Part shown: positions 26,889 through 36,777 of the stretch, piece after piece
How the letters are laid out: each line of letters starts with the position of its first letter
Numbering within the stretch: the first letter of the stretch is position 1
Assembly: GCA_963711565.1 (NCBI GenBank)
Contig: CAVQEQ010000003.1
Location: 128,001 to 192,000 of the forward strand
Length of the DNA stretch: 64,000 bases
DNA from: an uncultured delta proteobacterium
GTDB lineage: Bacteria; Desulfobacterota; Binatia; Binatales; Binataceae
Reading direction: 5' to 3'
Notes under the pieces: generated by a model
Database searches by the model: none
Told to the model about the DNA's origin: nothing
The model's input: only the letters and a program-made list of their open reading frames with translations
Translations under genes and position numbers: made by a program

Positions 26889-29165
26889 CTAGGCGCCTTT
26901 GAGTATAGCTGTCGCCTTGTCGAGCCGGTCACTGTAGGCGTTGAGCGCGTTTGCGGTCAGCTTGGCGTAACGGTTGGCGTCGGACCAGCGGCGATCTTCG
27001 ATTGCTTCGCGGACTCCGGGTAGGGTTTTGGCTTCATAGCCGGTATAGCGGCCGGGGGCGTAGATCAAGTTCTTGTACCAGCCTCGACCCGGCAGGCCTA
27101 CATCGGGTGCCAGGGTTTGATCTATGGTCAACATCAAGGCCTGCACTTGGGCTACTTGAGAGACGGATACGTGTGACGAGTTTTTCACTAACGCTTCGTC
27201 GTAGGAGTTAGCGCTGCGCTTAAGGCGATCGACCGCGTCGTCCAGACTCGCGAACTCAACATGTGGGACGCGGTCCAGAGCCGTTGGCAGGCCACTAGAC
27301 TTAGTGGGATCGGCGGCTAGCTTGAACGCATGATCGTGTAACAGTTTGGCTTGAGTGTCGGCTTCTTCGCGCTCGTCGTCGGCTAGCTTCTTCACCTGCT
27401 CGAGATAGTCGGAGACCGCGTTCGCGAAAGCGCTCGCGTTTTGTAGTGGGAGGTCGGAGTCGGCAACGCGCAACACTATACGTCCTACAGTCTTCGCCAG
27501 CATCGCGTCATAGACGAAGCCCGGATCGACGAAGCGGGTATGATGCTCGAAGGTGTCATAGCGAGAGTGATAGACGCCGCTGGAGTGGCCTTCCTCATAG
27601 AAGCCTACATCCAGCACGGGCACACCCAGGTGATCGAGAAAGGCTGAGAAGTCGGAGCCTGAGCCGAGCGCCTCGACAGGAAAGTCTTTGTCCGGGTCCG
27701 CCACTATCTTCGCCGCGGCCCTTGCGCGCTCGGGCGCAGCGGGAGTGAGAGCGGCTACACGCAACTTCGCGCGCAGCCGATCGCCTATAGAAACTCCGGT
27801 CTCAGGATCGATCACATCAGCGGCTACCTGGTTCACCAGATGCTGGAAATCATGGCTGCCGCCCACACCTAGAAAGCCGCGCTCGTTGGAGTCGGAGTTT
27901 ATGTATAGGACTACTTTCTTCTTGAGTTCATCGGCGTGCTGCTCGGCCCATTCGGTCGAGCCCAGCAGCATCGGCTCCTCAGCGTCCCAACTCGTATAGA
28001 CGATCGTGCGCTTGGGCCGCCAACCCTGCTTCGCGAGTCCGCTGAAGGCCTTGGCCTCCGCCAGCAGAGCGACTTGACCGGACAGTGGGTCGGTGGCGCC
28101 GAACACCCAGCCGTCGTGATGATTGCCGCGGACTACCCATTGGTCCGGCCAAGTCGATCCTTTCATCGTTGCGATAACGTCATAGATAGGCTGTTGCTGC
28201 CAATCGGATTTTACCGCCAGATGGACCACCGCGGGTCCCGGTCCTACGCGATAGGTTATAGGTAGCGCGCCGCGCCACGATTGTGGAGCTATAGAACCTC
28301 CCAACGCCGCGAGGAAGACCTGGGCGTCGGCATAGGAGATTGGTATCGTGGGAATCTTCATGATGGTCGGTGCGTCCGACATCTTAAGGCGCTTGGCGTC
28401 CTTGGTTGCGCCTATACCTGGAGTCAGCGGATCGCCGGGGTAGAGACCCATATCGAGTACCGAGCCACGTTGTATGCCATGCGGCGGTCGCATAGGACCG
28501 TTGGGATAAGTCTCATCGATGGAATAACCGTCCTGGGCCGGGTCGGAGTAGATGATGCATCCGATAGCGCCGTGATCCTGCGCGAGCTTCGGCTTCAACC
28601 CGCGCCATCCGCCGCCGTAGCGCGCAATGACTATCTTGCCCTTGACGCTTACGCCCAACTGCTGAAGCGTCTTGTAGTCGTCCAACATCCCATAGTTGAC
28701 ATAGACAAGGCCGGCGGTGACATCGCCGTCGCGCTGATAGGCGGCGTAGGCCGGAAGCGCGGGATCAGTCGCGGTCGCGCTTGAATCGCCGGGGATTGGC
28801 GGCTCCTGCAGCGTGGCACTGAACTTTTGCGGGCCTATCATCTCAAGGGTCTCGCTTATAGGTTTGGGGTATAGCACCCAGAAGGTCTCGATGTGCGCGT
28901 CCCAGCCCCAATCCTTGAACCAGGCAAGGATTTGATCGGCGTTCGACTTGTCGTGCGGCGAGCTGACATGGTTTGGCTCGGCAGCCAGCAACTTCATCCA
29001 GTCGCGCAGGTCGTCCGGATGAATGAGCGCATCGAAGTTGCGTTCAACGGTTGCCTCATCAGGCGAGATGGATGTTGGCGCGGCGAGGGCCGCGCTTACG
29101 CAAAGAGCGACGGCCGCTGCGAGCGAGAGCGCTAGCTTTGAAGTGATTTTAAATCTGCGGTGCAC
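26889..29165 (-). CDS. M28 glutamate carboxypeptidase II-like peptidase
   Basis: Signal peptide, PA domain (YVNYG, IARYG), GNHHDGW, WDAEE, GSGSDF, YHS, TfR-like C-terminus. Confidence 0.92.
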   Translation of the reverse strand: MHRRFKITSKLALSLAAAVALCVSAALAAPTSISPDEATVERNFDALIHPDDLRDWMKLLAAEPNHVSSPHDKSNADQILAWFKDWGWDAHIETFWVLYPKPISETLEMIGPQKFSATLQEPPIPGDSSATATDPALPAYAAYQRDGDVTAGLVYVNYGMLDDYKTLQQLGVSVKGKIVIARYGGGWRGLKPKLAQDHGAIGCIIYSDPAQDGYSIDETYPNGPMRPPHGIQRGSVLDMGLYPGDPLTPGIGATKDAKRLKMSDAPTIMKIPTIPISYADAQVFLAALGGSIAPQSWRGALPITYRVGPGPAVVHLAVKSDWQQQPIYDVIATMKGSTWPDQWVVRGNHHDGWVFGATDPLSGQVALLAEAKAFSGLAKQGWRPKRTIVYTSWDAEEPMLLGSTEWAEQHADELKKKVVLYINSDSNERGFLGVGGSHDFQHLVNQVAADVIDPETGVSIGDRLRAKLRVAALTPAAPERARAAAKIVADPDKDFPVEALGSGSDFSAFLDHLGVPVLDVGFYEEGHSSGVYHSRYDTFEHHTRFVDPGFVYDAMLAKTVGRIVLRVADSDLPLQNASAFANAVSDYLEQVKKLADDEREEADTQAKLLHDHAFKLAADPTKSSGLPTALDRVPHVEFASLDDAVDRLKRSANSYDEALVKNSSHVSVSQVAQVQALMLTIDQTLAPDVGLPGRGWYKNLIYAPGRYTGYEAKTLPGVREAIEDRRWSDANRYAKLTANALNAYSDRLDKATAILKGA

Positions 29166-29170
29166 GCGGC

Positions 29171-30169
29171 TCAGGCGCGCAATCCTGCCAGGCAGCCAGT
29201 AGCATCCAGAATCGGATCGAGCGCGCGCTTGTCGCCTACAGCCTGATACTTTTCGCGCAAGGTCGCGAGCGATTTGGCGTGATACTTTTGCGGCTTCTGG
29301 GTCCAGGTTTTGCCGCCCAGCTCTACGCTGAATTCGTCGCGGCCGTTTGCAATCGCCGCCGCGTTAGCCACCGTCCACGGGATGAAAAGTCTGCCGACCT
29401 GACGCTCAAGCAGCGGGCTCAGCGTTGCCGACAGGCTTGACCACGGCTCGAAGTCGCCCTCGGCTCGCGGCCACAGCATGCGATGGATCCATGCGAGCAG
29501 GTTGGGCGTGGTCGCGTTGATAAGCGCGCCCGGCGTCGGGTCAGTCCATGCGTTGTAAAGTTGCCCCCACATCGCGAAGTCGGCAAACGCGGGACGATTC
29601 CCGAACAGATATGCACGCGTGGCGAAGTGAGGCTCGAGGATCGTCAGCGTGTCGCGGAACGAGTCCTCGATTTGCGGCGCTGTCTGGGGATTCGAGCCGA
29701 CGAAAGAAACGCGAGGCACCATCCGCTCGCGAACCATCGCCGCCCCGTTGGCGACCTGCGCGTCGTCAAGCGCCGGCATCATCGAGCGTGCGATGCGGCC
29801 GGCGGCCGAGAGAATATCGGCCTCGCGCGCCCAGCGGTAATGGAACATCCACTTGTTGCCCCATTCGTCGCCGAACTCCTCCAGCAACGCCGAAAGAAAT
29901 TTTGCGGCCGGTTCGGCGGGATGAATCGAGGGCGCGGGATGAAGCGCCTCGACGTACTCGATGATCGGCGTGGAATCCTGGATGCCCTTATTTTCGGGCG
30001 TGACGACCAGCGGGACCAGCGGCAGCTTCTGGTACTTCTGATACTCGCCGTCGGTATCGAGACTCCGCGGAATCCATCGGTGTGGAATTCCCTTGTAGCG
30101 GAAGTACGAGCGGACCTTTACGGAGTACGGCGAGAGCTCGATGCCGTGAATGTGGTATTCGCTGGTCAT
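29171..30169 (-). CDS. Glutathione S-transferase family protein
   Basis: SPYSVKVRSY, LVP, QDSTPII, YLFGNRPAFADF motifs. Confidence 0.88.
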   Translation of the reverse strand: MTSEYHIHGIELSPYSVKVRSYFRYKGIPHRWIPRSLDTDGEYQKYQKLPLVPLVVTPENKGIQDSTPIIEYVEALHPAPSIHPAEPAAKFLSALLEEFGDEWGNKWMFHYRWAREADILSAAGRIARSMMPALDDAQVANGAAMVRERMVPRVSFVGSNPQTAPQIEDSFRDTLTILEPHFATRAYLFGNRPAFADFAMWGQLYNAWTDPTPGALINATTPNLLAWIHRMLWPRAEGDFEPWSSLSATLSPLLERQVGRLFIPWTVANAAAIANGRDEFSVELGGKTWTQKPQKYHAKSLATLREKYQAVGDKRALDPILDATGCLAGLRA

Positions 30170-30325
30170 GGTTTTAATTCCTCGACCGCGAGTATCGCAC
30201 ACAGTTGGCGTTCTTTGTAAATCCGCCGCGCTCAGGTTGTCAGCCTGCACGGCTGGAGATCGGAATGGAGAGTGCGGGGCCTCAAGCGCCATGACGCCTG
30301 GAGACCCCGCCGAGCTTGATTGGGC

Positions 30326-30589
30326 CTAGTAGCCCTTCTCGGGGACGATCGTAGTCTTGTTGGTGTCGTGCTCCGCACCGTGGCAGGCCGCGACCGTGTC
30401 AACCGGCGCACTCAAATTAGATGCGATCTGAGCGTCGGTCTGTCCTGCCGCAGCCTGCGTTTTCACAACATCGCAATCGACCGGAATATTCGATGTGGAA
30501 AACATCGAGCATCCGGGCAGTCCCGCCGCGACGATCAAAAGTCCCGATGCGGTTGAGAGCCAAAGCCTGTTGCGTACTCTTCGTTGCAT
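30326..30589 (-). CDS. Small lipoprotein
   Basis: GGAGGAG RBS, lipobox LPGC, two further Cys. Confidence 0.7.
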   Translation of the reverse strand: MQRRVRNRLWLSTASGLLIVAAGLPGCSMFSTSNIPVDCDVVKTQAAAGQTDAQIASNLSAPVDTVAACHGAEHDTNKTTIVPEKGY

Positions 30590-30797
30590 AATTCTCCTCC
30601 CGGCTAAGTCAGAGTCCGTCTCTTGAGGTTTGCCTGATTCCCCACAATCACAAAACCATTCGCGCATTCTTATCATTTGCCGTCAAAATTAAATAGTAAG
30701 GCTGACGACAAGAATGAGCCGGGAGCGCGCCGAATGGTGCGTGAGCAATCGCGACGAACAGGATTGTTTTAAAGGTTCTCGCGATCCCGCGAACTGG

Positions 30798-30974
30798 CTA
30801 ATGCTTGTCTCGATTGACTGCCGAAACCGCCCTGTCGATCGTCTTTCCGATGGCATCTTTGACGTTGCCGGCAGCTTGATCCATCTTTCCGCGATTCTTC
30901 AGTTTCTTGTCATTAGTCAGTACGCCGGCCGCTTCTTCGACGCGTCCCTTAACTTTATCGGTTGTACCATTCAT
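30798..30974 (-). CDS. csbD: CsbD family stress protein (58 aa, absent from the ORF track)
   Basis: MNGTTDKVKGRVEEAAGVLTNDKKLKNRGKMDQAAGNVKDAIG..; AGGAG RBS. Confidence 0.88.
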   Translation of the reverse strand: MNGTTDKVKGRVEEAAGVLTNDKKLKNRGKMDQAAGNVKDAIGKTIDRAVSAVNRDKH

Positions 30975-31019
30975 TAGTCATTCTCCTGTTGCTGAATTGC
31001 GACTTGGATATGTAGGAAT

Positions 31020-31421
31020 CTACTCATTCGCCCCGGACGCGAGCGGCGCGACAATCACCGGCATAAGCATTGGCCCGCTGGACAAGGTGCGGTCCAGTGC
31101 GCCGATGCGTCCCCAATCTTCACGCTGCCAATGCTCCAGAATCACGCGCGTCAACCACCAGACCAAAACGAAGACGATGAGCGACGCGAGCACGGTGGTA
31201 ATAACGCCGTTGAGGCTCAACACTTCCTGGTAGTGGCCGGAGACGGCGCGGCGAAATGAATCCGCTTCGATGAGACGTCCACTGACGGGAGTGAGTGCGT
31301 TGGCGACAAAGCTGGCAAAGGTCGAGTAGGCGAGGCCGGCGGTCAGTCCGGCGAGCAAGCTCAATTTCTCGGACCCGGCCGATAAATCAACGCTGAGAAC
31401 TTGGCGGCGAGGTGGTGCCAT
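31020..31421 (-). CDS. Hypothetical 2-TM membrane protein
   Basis: GAGGAGG RBS, two hydrophobic segments, upstream promoter. Confidence 0.55.
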   Translation of the reverse strand: MAPPRRQVLSVDLSAGSEKLSLLAGLTAGLAYSTFASFVANALTPVSGRLIEADSFRRAVSGHYQEVLSLNGVITTVLASLIVFVLVWWLTRVILEHWQREDWGRIGALDRTLSSGPMLMPVIVAPLASGANE

Positions 31422-31553
31422 GCGGCCTCCTCAAGCCTTGCGATCGTACTAATCGCGTTGGTCGAGCGGAACGTGGTCAAAGGCGAGCGGAAGGGCCACT
31501 GTCAGGCTGGATCAGGTCGGGACTCGACTCTTATATCGATACCGGCTTTGTGT

Positions 31554-31582
31554 AGTTTGGACTAGTAATTTACTAGTGTCAA
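31554..31582 (-). promoter_or_regulatory. Sigma70-like promoter with palindromic operator in the spacer
   Basis: TTGACA-N17-CAAACT; ACTAGTAATTTACTAGT palindrome at 31561-31577. Confidence 0.6.
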
Positions 31583-31646
31583 GCAGAGTAAAATATAATC
31601 AACTGAGAATACTACAATACTACTAGAAATGTACTCGGCGGCACCC

Positions 31647-32633
31647 TCAGGCCGCCGAGGGAGGTAATTTGAGCCTCAGAATCGTCTCGTCCGGCGTCAG
31701 CTTGACCATCGACGCACTCGTCTCCCACAAATCCGTCGCCATCGCCGGATCATACGAGTCCTTCGACGACGGCACGTCGCGCGTGCCCTGGAAGTATTTC
31801 CCCGAGATGCGCTCGAGTCTCGGATCAGTGACTATGTTCGCGAGGGACCTGCCCGATCGCGCGACGCTGTTCACGTTCGGCACGAACGGGCGGAGGACCG
31901 GCAGCACGAAGCGCCACGCGAATCTCGCCATCATGCCATAGTCGCGCGCCAGCCCGGTCCCCGGCATCAGGCCGGGATCGAACGCGTTGACGGTAATCGA
32001 GCGGCCATTTGTGCCGCCGGCCTCTTCGGCACGCAGCCTGCGATCGAGTTCGTAGGCGAACAGAAGGTTGCACAGCTTCGACGTGGTGTACGCGCGCCGC
32101 CCCGCCGTTCCATTCGGGTCATCGAGGGGTTTGGAGTCTTCGTCGGGCCGCGCAAGAAATCGCGCGCGCCGGTACATCGGCGGCGGCATCCCGGTCGTCT
32201 GCGCGGGATCGTGCGTGCCGCTGCCGACCACGACAATTCGCGCCAGCGGCGCCATCTGCGCGAGCATCAGATTCACCAACAGGAAATGGCCGAGGTGATT
32301 GACGGCGAACGTGGTTTCAAAGCCATCCTTTGTATAGGTTCTGCCAGTCACGATTTGAGTAGCGGCGTTGCATACAATCGCGCGCAGCGACGGGCGCGCT
32401 TCGGCAGCGTAGTCGCGTGCGAAGTTTCGCACGGACTCGAGCGAGGCAAGGTCGAGCGTCATCGCTTTGATTTTTTTATCTCCGGTTTGCGCGGAGAGCC
32501 GCTTGACGGCCTCGCGGCCTTTTTCGGCGCTGCGACAGGCGATGATGACGTGCCAGTCGTGGGTTTCGACGAGCGCGCGGGCGCATTCGAAGCCCAAGCC
32601 GGTATTGGCGCCCGTCACGATGGCGGTGTTCAT
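31647..32633 (-). CDS. SDR oxidoreductase (protochlorophyllide reductase/retinol dehydrogenase-like)
   Basis: TGANTGLG, CNAA, VNHLGHF, YTTSK, DPGLMPGTGL motifs. Confidence 0.9.
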   Translation of the reverse strand: MNTAIVTGANTGLGFECARALVETHDWHVIIACRSAEKGREAVKRLSAQTGDKKIKAMTLDLASLESVRNFARDYAAEARPSLRAIVCNAATQIVTGRTYTKDGFETTFAVNHLGHFLLVNLMLAQMAPLARIVVVGSGTHDPAQTTGMPPPMYRRARFLARPDEDSKPLDDPNGTAGRRAYTTSKLCNLLFAYELDRRLRAEEAGGTNGRSITVNAFDPGLMPGTGLARDYGMMARFAWRFVLPVLRPFVPNVNSVARSGRSLANIVTDPRLERISGKYFQGTRDVPSSKDSYDPAMATDLWETSASMVKLTPDETILRLKLPPSAA

Positions 32634-32750
32634 GCGCGGCGATCATTGCATTCTGGCGAAGTTGAGGGGAGTGGGCGACGGACCGCGCATCCACAGCAGT
32701 CAGACCCAACGCTTGCGTCCGCGCGCGCGAAGTTGGAAATTCAGCGTTCG

Positions 32751-33878
32751 ATGAGAATTGAAACGCAACGCCCTACCGTCGCCGAGATCGATCTCGGCGC
32801 GCTGCGCTCGAACTTTCGCGCGCTGCGTGCGGTGGCCACGCACGGCGAATTGATGGTGGTGGTGAAGGCCGACGCGTACGGGCATGGCGCGGTGACGGTC
32901 GCGCGCACGTTGCTCGACGAAGGATGCCGGCACTTCGGCGTCGCTACGCTCGACGAGGCGCGCGAGCTGCGCGAGGCCGGTATTCGCGCGCGCGTATACT
33001 TGCAGGCGGGCTTTTTCGCCGAGCAGGCAGGCGAAATCGTCGCGCTCGATTTGACCCCATTTGTCTTCGACGCGCCGTTGATCGGAATCCTCGATCGCGC
33101 GGCCGCGGCGGCGGGCCGGAGCGATTTCCCGATTCACCTCAAGATAGACAGCGGCGCGACGCGGCTGGGCGTGATGCCGGTGGATATTCCCGCTGTGATC
33201 GAGGCGGTTCGCAGTGCGTCGGCGGTGCGGCTGGAAGGCGTCTGCACACTGCTCGCCAACGCCGGCGATCCGCAGAGTCCGATCACCGACGCGCAGCTCG
33301 GCGTTTTCAACAAGGCAATCGAAACTCTGAAAACGGCCGGGATGAGGCCATCGTTGATCCACGTCGCGAATTCGGCGGCGCTGGTGCTGCGCTACGATTC
33401 GCACTTCAACCTCGCGCGGCCGGGACTGGCGGTCTACGGTCTGCCGCCGGTGGCCGCCGTCCGCGAGCGAGTCGAGCTGCGGCCCGTCATGACGTTCAAG
33501 ACGCGGCTGATGCAAATCAAGCGCGCGCCGGCCGGCAGCGGCGTGGGCTACGGGCATACGTTCATCGCGCCGCGCGAAAGCCTGATCGGGGTGCTGCCGG
33601 TGGGCTACGCCGACGGCTACCGCAGGGGCCTGCAACACGGCGGCGAGGTGATCGTGCGCGGCGCGCGCGCGCCGGTGGTCGGCGCGGTGTCGATGGACCT
33701 GACGACGATCGACGTCACCGACATCGCGGGCGCGTCGGTCGGCGATGAGGTATTCTTGTGGGGTGAATCCGGCGGCGACGTCATCAGCGTCAACGACGTC
33801 GCGCGCCTGGCGCAGACAATTTCGTACGAGATGCTTTGCACGGTTGGTAAACGAGTGCCCCGCGTGATTCGGAGCTAG
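32751..33878 (+). CDS. alr: Alanine racemase
   Basis: VVKADAYGHG, VGYG, GYADG, VSMD, ISYE motifs. Confidence 0.95.
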   Translation: MRIETQRPTVAEIDLGALRSNFRALRAVATHGELMVVVKADAYGHGAVTVARTLLDEGCRHFGVATLDEARELREAGIRARVYLQAGFFAEQAGEIVALDLTPFVFDAPLIGILDRAAAAAGRSDFPIHLKIDSGATRLGVMPVDIPAVIEAVRSASAVRLEGVCTLLANAGDPQSPITDAQLGVFNKAIETLKTAGMRPSLIHVANSAALVLRYDSHFNLARPGLAVYGLPPVAAVRERVELRPVMTFKTRLMQIKRAPAGSGVGYGHTFIAPRESLIGVLPVGYADGYRRGLQHGGEVIVRGARAPVVGAVSMDLTTIDVTDIAGASVGDEVFLWGESGGDVISVNDVARLAQTISYEMLCTVGKRVPRVIRS

Positions 33879-33884
33879 CTGACG

Positions 33885-35453
33885 ATGAAGAGTGAACGGG
33901 TCGTGATCAGGCGCGCGCTGTTGGGCGTTTCGGACAAGTCGGGTCTCGCGGATTTTGCCAGGACGCTCGAGCGGCACGGCCTCGAAATCGTATCGACCGG
34001 GGGCACGGCCGCAGCTCTCCAAAAGGCCGGCGTGAAAGTCCGAACGGTCGAGAATTTTACCGGCCTGCCCGAGATGCTTGACGGGCGCGTAAAGACGCTG
34101 CATCCGAAAATCCACGGCGGCATCCTCGCTCGGCGCGCCGACCAGAACCATCAGCGCCAGATGCAGCAGCACAGCATCGAGCCGATCGACCTCGTGGTAG
34201 TCAATTTCTATCCATTTGAAAAAACGGTGGCTGCATCGCATGTGAGGCTGGAAGACGCGATCGAGAATATCGACATCGGCGGGCCCACGCTGGTGCGCGC
34301 CGCCGCGAAAAATCACGACGACGTCGCGGTCGTCGTCGACGTCGCCGACTACGCGCAGGTTGCCGCGGAACTGGACGCAAACCAGGGAGCGATCACCGCG
34401 GAGACGCGCTGGCGGCTGGCGCGCAAGGCGTTTGCTCGCGTGGCGGCGTACGACGCGGCGATCGCGAACTATCTCGGCAGGCACGCGGGAGACGGCAAAG
34501 CTCCCGCGCTCGGCGAGACCTTCAGCCTTTCGTTCGAGCGCGAGCAGATGCTGCGCTATGGCGAGAACCCGCATCAGTCGGGCGCGCTCTACGGCCACTT
34601 CCTCGAGCTCGCGCATCAGCTTCACGGCAAGGAGTTGTCGTTCAACAACGTCGTCGATATCAGCTCGGCGATGAACCTGATGCTCGAGTTCGAGCACGAG
34701 CCACGCGCGGTGGTTGCGATTCTCAAGCACAACACGCCGTGCGGCGTGGGCGTCGCCGACACGCTCAAAGGGGCGTGGGACAAGGCGTTCGCAACCGATC
34801 CGGACTCGCCGTTCGGCGGCATCATCATCACCAACCGCCCATGGGACATGGAGTTCGCGCGCGCCGTCAATGAACTGTTCACCGAAGTGCTGATTGGTCC
34901 CTCGTATCCGGAGGAGGTGATCGCCTTCCTGCGCAAGAACAAGAATCGGCGCGTGATGACGTTCGATTCGAAGGCGGTGGATCGCGACGAGCTCGACGTT
35001 AAGAAAGTGCTGGGCGGATTGCTCGTGCAGACGCCAGATCTGACGATCGAAGATCCGCGCAAGGGCAAAGTGGTGACGCGGCGCGCGCCCAGCGACGCCG
35101 AGATGCGCGCGATGACGTTCGGCATCAAGGTCTGCAAGCACATCAAGTCCAACGCGATCGCGTTCGTCACTGAGGATCGCACGCTGGCGGTCGGCGGCGG
35201 CGCGACCTCGCGAATCGATCCGGTGTACGCGGCGCGCGAGAAGGCGGCGCGACTCAAGGTCGCGCTCGAAGGTTCCGTGCTCGTGTCGGAGGCGCTGTTT
35301 CCATTTCCCGACGGCCCGACGCTCGCGGCCGAGGCCGGCGCGACGGCGATTGCGCAACCCGGCGGCTCGTTGCGCGACGACAAAGTGATCGAAGCGGCCG
35401 ACAGGTTCGGGCTCGCGATGGTCTTCACCGGGGTGCGCCACTTCAGGCATTAG
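33885..35453 (+). CDS. purH: Bifunctional AICAR formyltransferase/IMP cyclohydrolase
   Basis: GRVKTLHP, IDIGGP, YGENPHQ, KHNTPCG, QPGGS, RHFRH motifs. Confidence 0.96.
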   Translation: MKSERVVIRRALLGVSDKSGLADFARTLERHGLEIVSTGGTAAALQKAGVKVRTVENFTGLPEMLDGRVKTLHPKIHGGILARRADQNHQRQMQQHSIEPIDLVVVNFYPFEKTVAASHVRLEDAIENIDIGGPTLVRAAAKNHDDVAVVVDVADYAQVAAELDANQGAITAETRWRLARKAFARVAAYDAAIANYLGRHAGDGKAPALGETFSLSFEREQMLRYGENPHQSGALYGHFLELAHQLHGKELSFNNVVDISSAMNLMLEFEHEPRAVVAILKHNTPCGVGVADTLKGAWDKAFATDPDSPFGGIIITNRPWDMEFARAVNELFTEVLIGPSYPEEVIAFLRKNKNRRVMTFDSKAVDRDELDVKKVLGGLLVQTPDLTIEDPRKGKVVTRRAPSDAEMRAMTFGIKVCKHIKSNAIAFVTEDRTLAVGGGATSRIDPVYAAREKAARLKVALEGSVLVSEALFPFPDGPTLAAEAGATAIAQPGGSLRDDKVIEAADRFGLAMVFTGVRHFRH

Positions 35454-35464
35454 CGGGTCGCGCA

Positions 35465-36772
35465 ATGAAAGTACTGGTCATCGGGAAAGGCGGGCGCGAG
35501 CACTCGCTGGTCTGGCGGCTCCATCAGAGCGAGACGGTGTGGAAGATCTTCTGCGCGACTGGAAATCCGGGAATCGATCAGATCGCGGAGGCCGTGCCGA
35601 TCGCGCCGACTGATGTTGCAGCACTTTTGGAATTCGCAAAATCGAAGTCGATCGATTTGACAGTAGTGGGTCCGGACGACGTACTCCCAACCGGAATTGT
35701 CGATCACTTCACGCGCGCGGGACTGAAGATCTTCGGGCCGACGGCAGCCGCGGCGCAGCTCGAAAGCAGCAAGTCGTTCGCCAAGACGATCATGCGCGAG
35801 GCGGGCGTACCGACCGCCGACTTCGAAGCATTCGACGACGCGGCCTCCGCACTGCGCTACGTGAAATCGCGCAAGGGATCGATGGTCGTCAAGGCGGACG
35901 GACTCGCGCTCGGAAAAGGAGTGATCATCTGCCACGACACGACGGCGGCTCTAGAAGCTGTCACGGACGCGATGGAACGTCGGCGCTTCGGCGCGGCGGG
36001 CAATCGCGTCGTCATCGAGGAATTTCTGACCGGCGAAGAAATTTCGTTCTTCGCGCTCTGCGACGGCGAGCACGCGGTCCCGCTCGGTACCTTCCAGGAT
36101 CACAAGGCAATCTTCGACGGCGATCGCGGGCCTAACACCGGCGGGATGGGAGCGTATTCGCCGGTGCCGCAGTTCGGTCCCGCAATGGAAGCTCGCGTAA
36201 TGCGCGAAGTAGTTAACCCGACGCTGGCGGCGATGAACGCGCGCGGGATTCCATTCCGCGGATTGCTCTTCGTCGGGCTCATGATCGACGGCGAGCGAAT
36301 CAACGTGCTCGAATTCAACGCGCGGTTCGGCGATCCGGAATGCGAAGCCCTGATGATGCGGCTGGAGAGCGACCTCGCGGAAAACCTGCTCGCCGCCGCC
36401 GAAGGCAACGTCGCGAATGCAGCGATCAGGCTCTCGCCGCGGAGCGCCGTCGCCGTCGTGCTCGCGTCGGGCGGATATCCGGGCGAATACAAAAAGGGAA
36501 TTGCGATTCGCGGGCTGGACAAGCTCGAAGGCAACGTCCCGTCCGACATCAAAATTAATTGGGCGATGAAAAAAATTCGCGTGAAAGTTTTCCACGCGGG
36601 CACCGCTATGCGCGACCAACAGTTGGTAACGGACGGCGGGCGCGTGCTGACGGTGACCGCGATGGCGCCGGAGCTGGCGACGGCGGTCGATGCGGCATAC
36701 GAGGCGGCAGAGATGATCGAGTTCGAGGGGCGTCACTTCCGGCGCGACATCGCGCGGCGCGCGCTGGGATAA
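35465..36772 (+). CDS. purD: Phosphoribosylamine--glycine ligase
   Basis: GGREH, KADGLALGKGV, GPNTGGMGAY, EFNARFGDPE, GGRVL motifs. Confidence 0.97.
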   Translation: MKVLVIGKGGREHSLVWRLHQSETVWKIFCATGNPGIDQIAEAVPIAPTDVAALLEFAKSKSIDLTVVGPDDVLPTGIVDHFTRAGLKIFGPTAAAAQLESSKSFAKTIMREAGVPTADFEAFDDAASALRYVKSRKGSMVVKADGLALGKGVIICHDTTAALEAVTDAMERRRFGAAGNRVVIEEFLTGEEISFFALCDGEHAVPLGTFQDHKAIFDGDRGPNTGGMGAYSPVPQFGPAMEARVMREVVNPTLAAMNARGIPFRGLLFVGLMIDGERINVLEFNARFGDPECEALMMRLESDLAENLLAAAEGNVANAAIRLSPRSAVAVVLASGGYPGEYKKGIAIRGLDKLEGNVPSDIKINWAMKKIRVKVFHAGTAMRDQQLVTDGGRVLTVTAMAPELATAVDAAYEAAEMIEFEGRHFRRDIARRALG

Positions 36773-36777
36773 TAGCG

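Noticed and set aside
26889-29165. Atypical codon usage in the M28 gene as evidence of a mobile element
   Set aside because: Only an impression by eye; no boundaries, repeats or mobility genes.
32700-35465. 921-aa minus-strand ORF, and similar long antisense ORFs over gpmI, the M16 genes, uvrA and mfd
   Set aside because: They mirror well-supported genes on the opposite strand.
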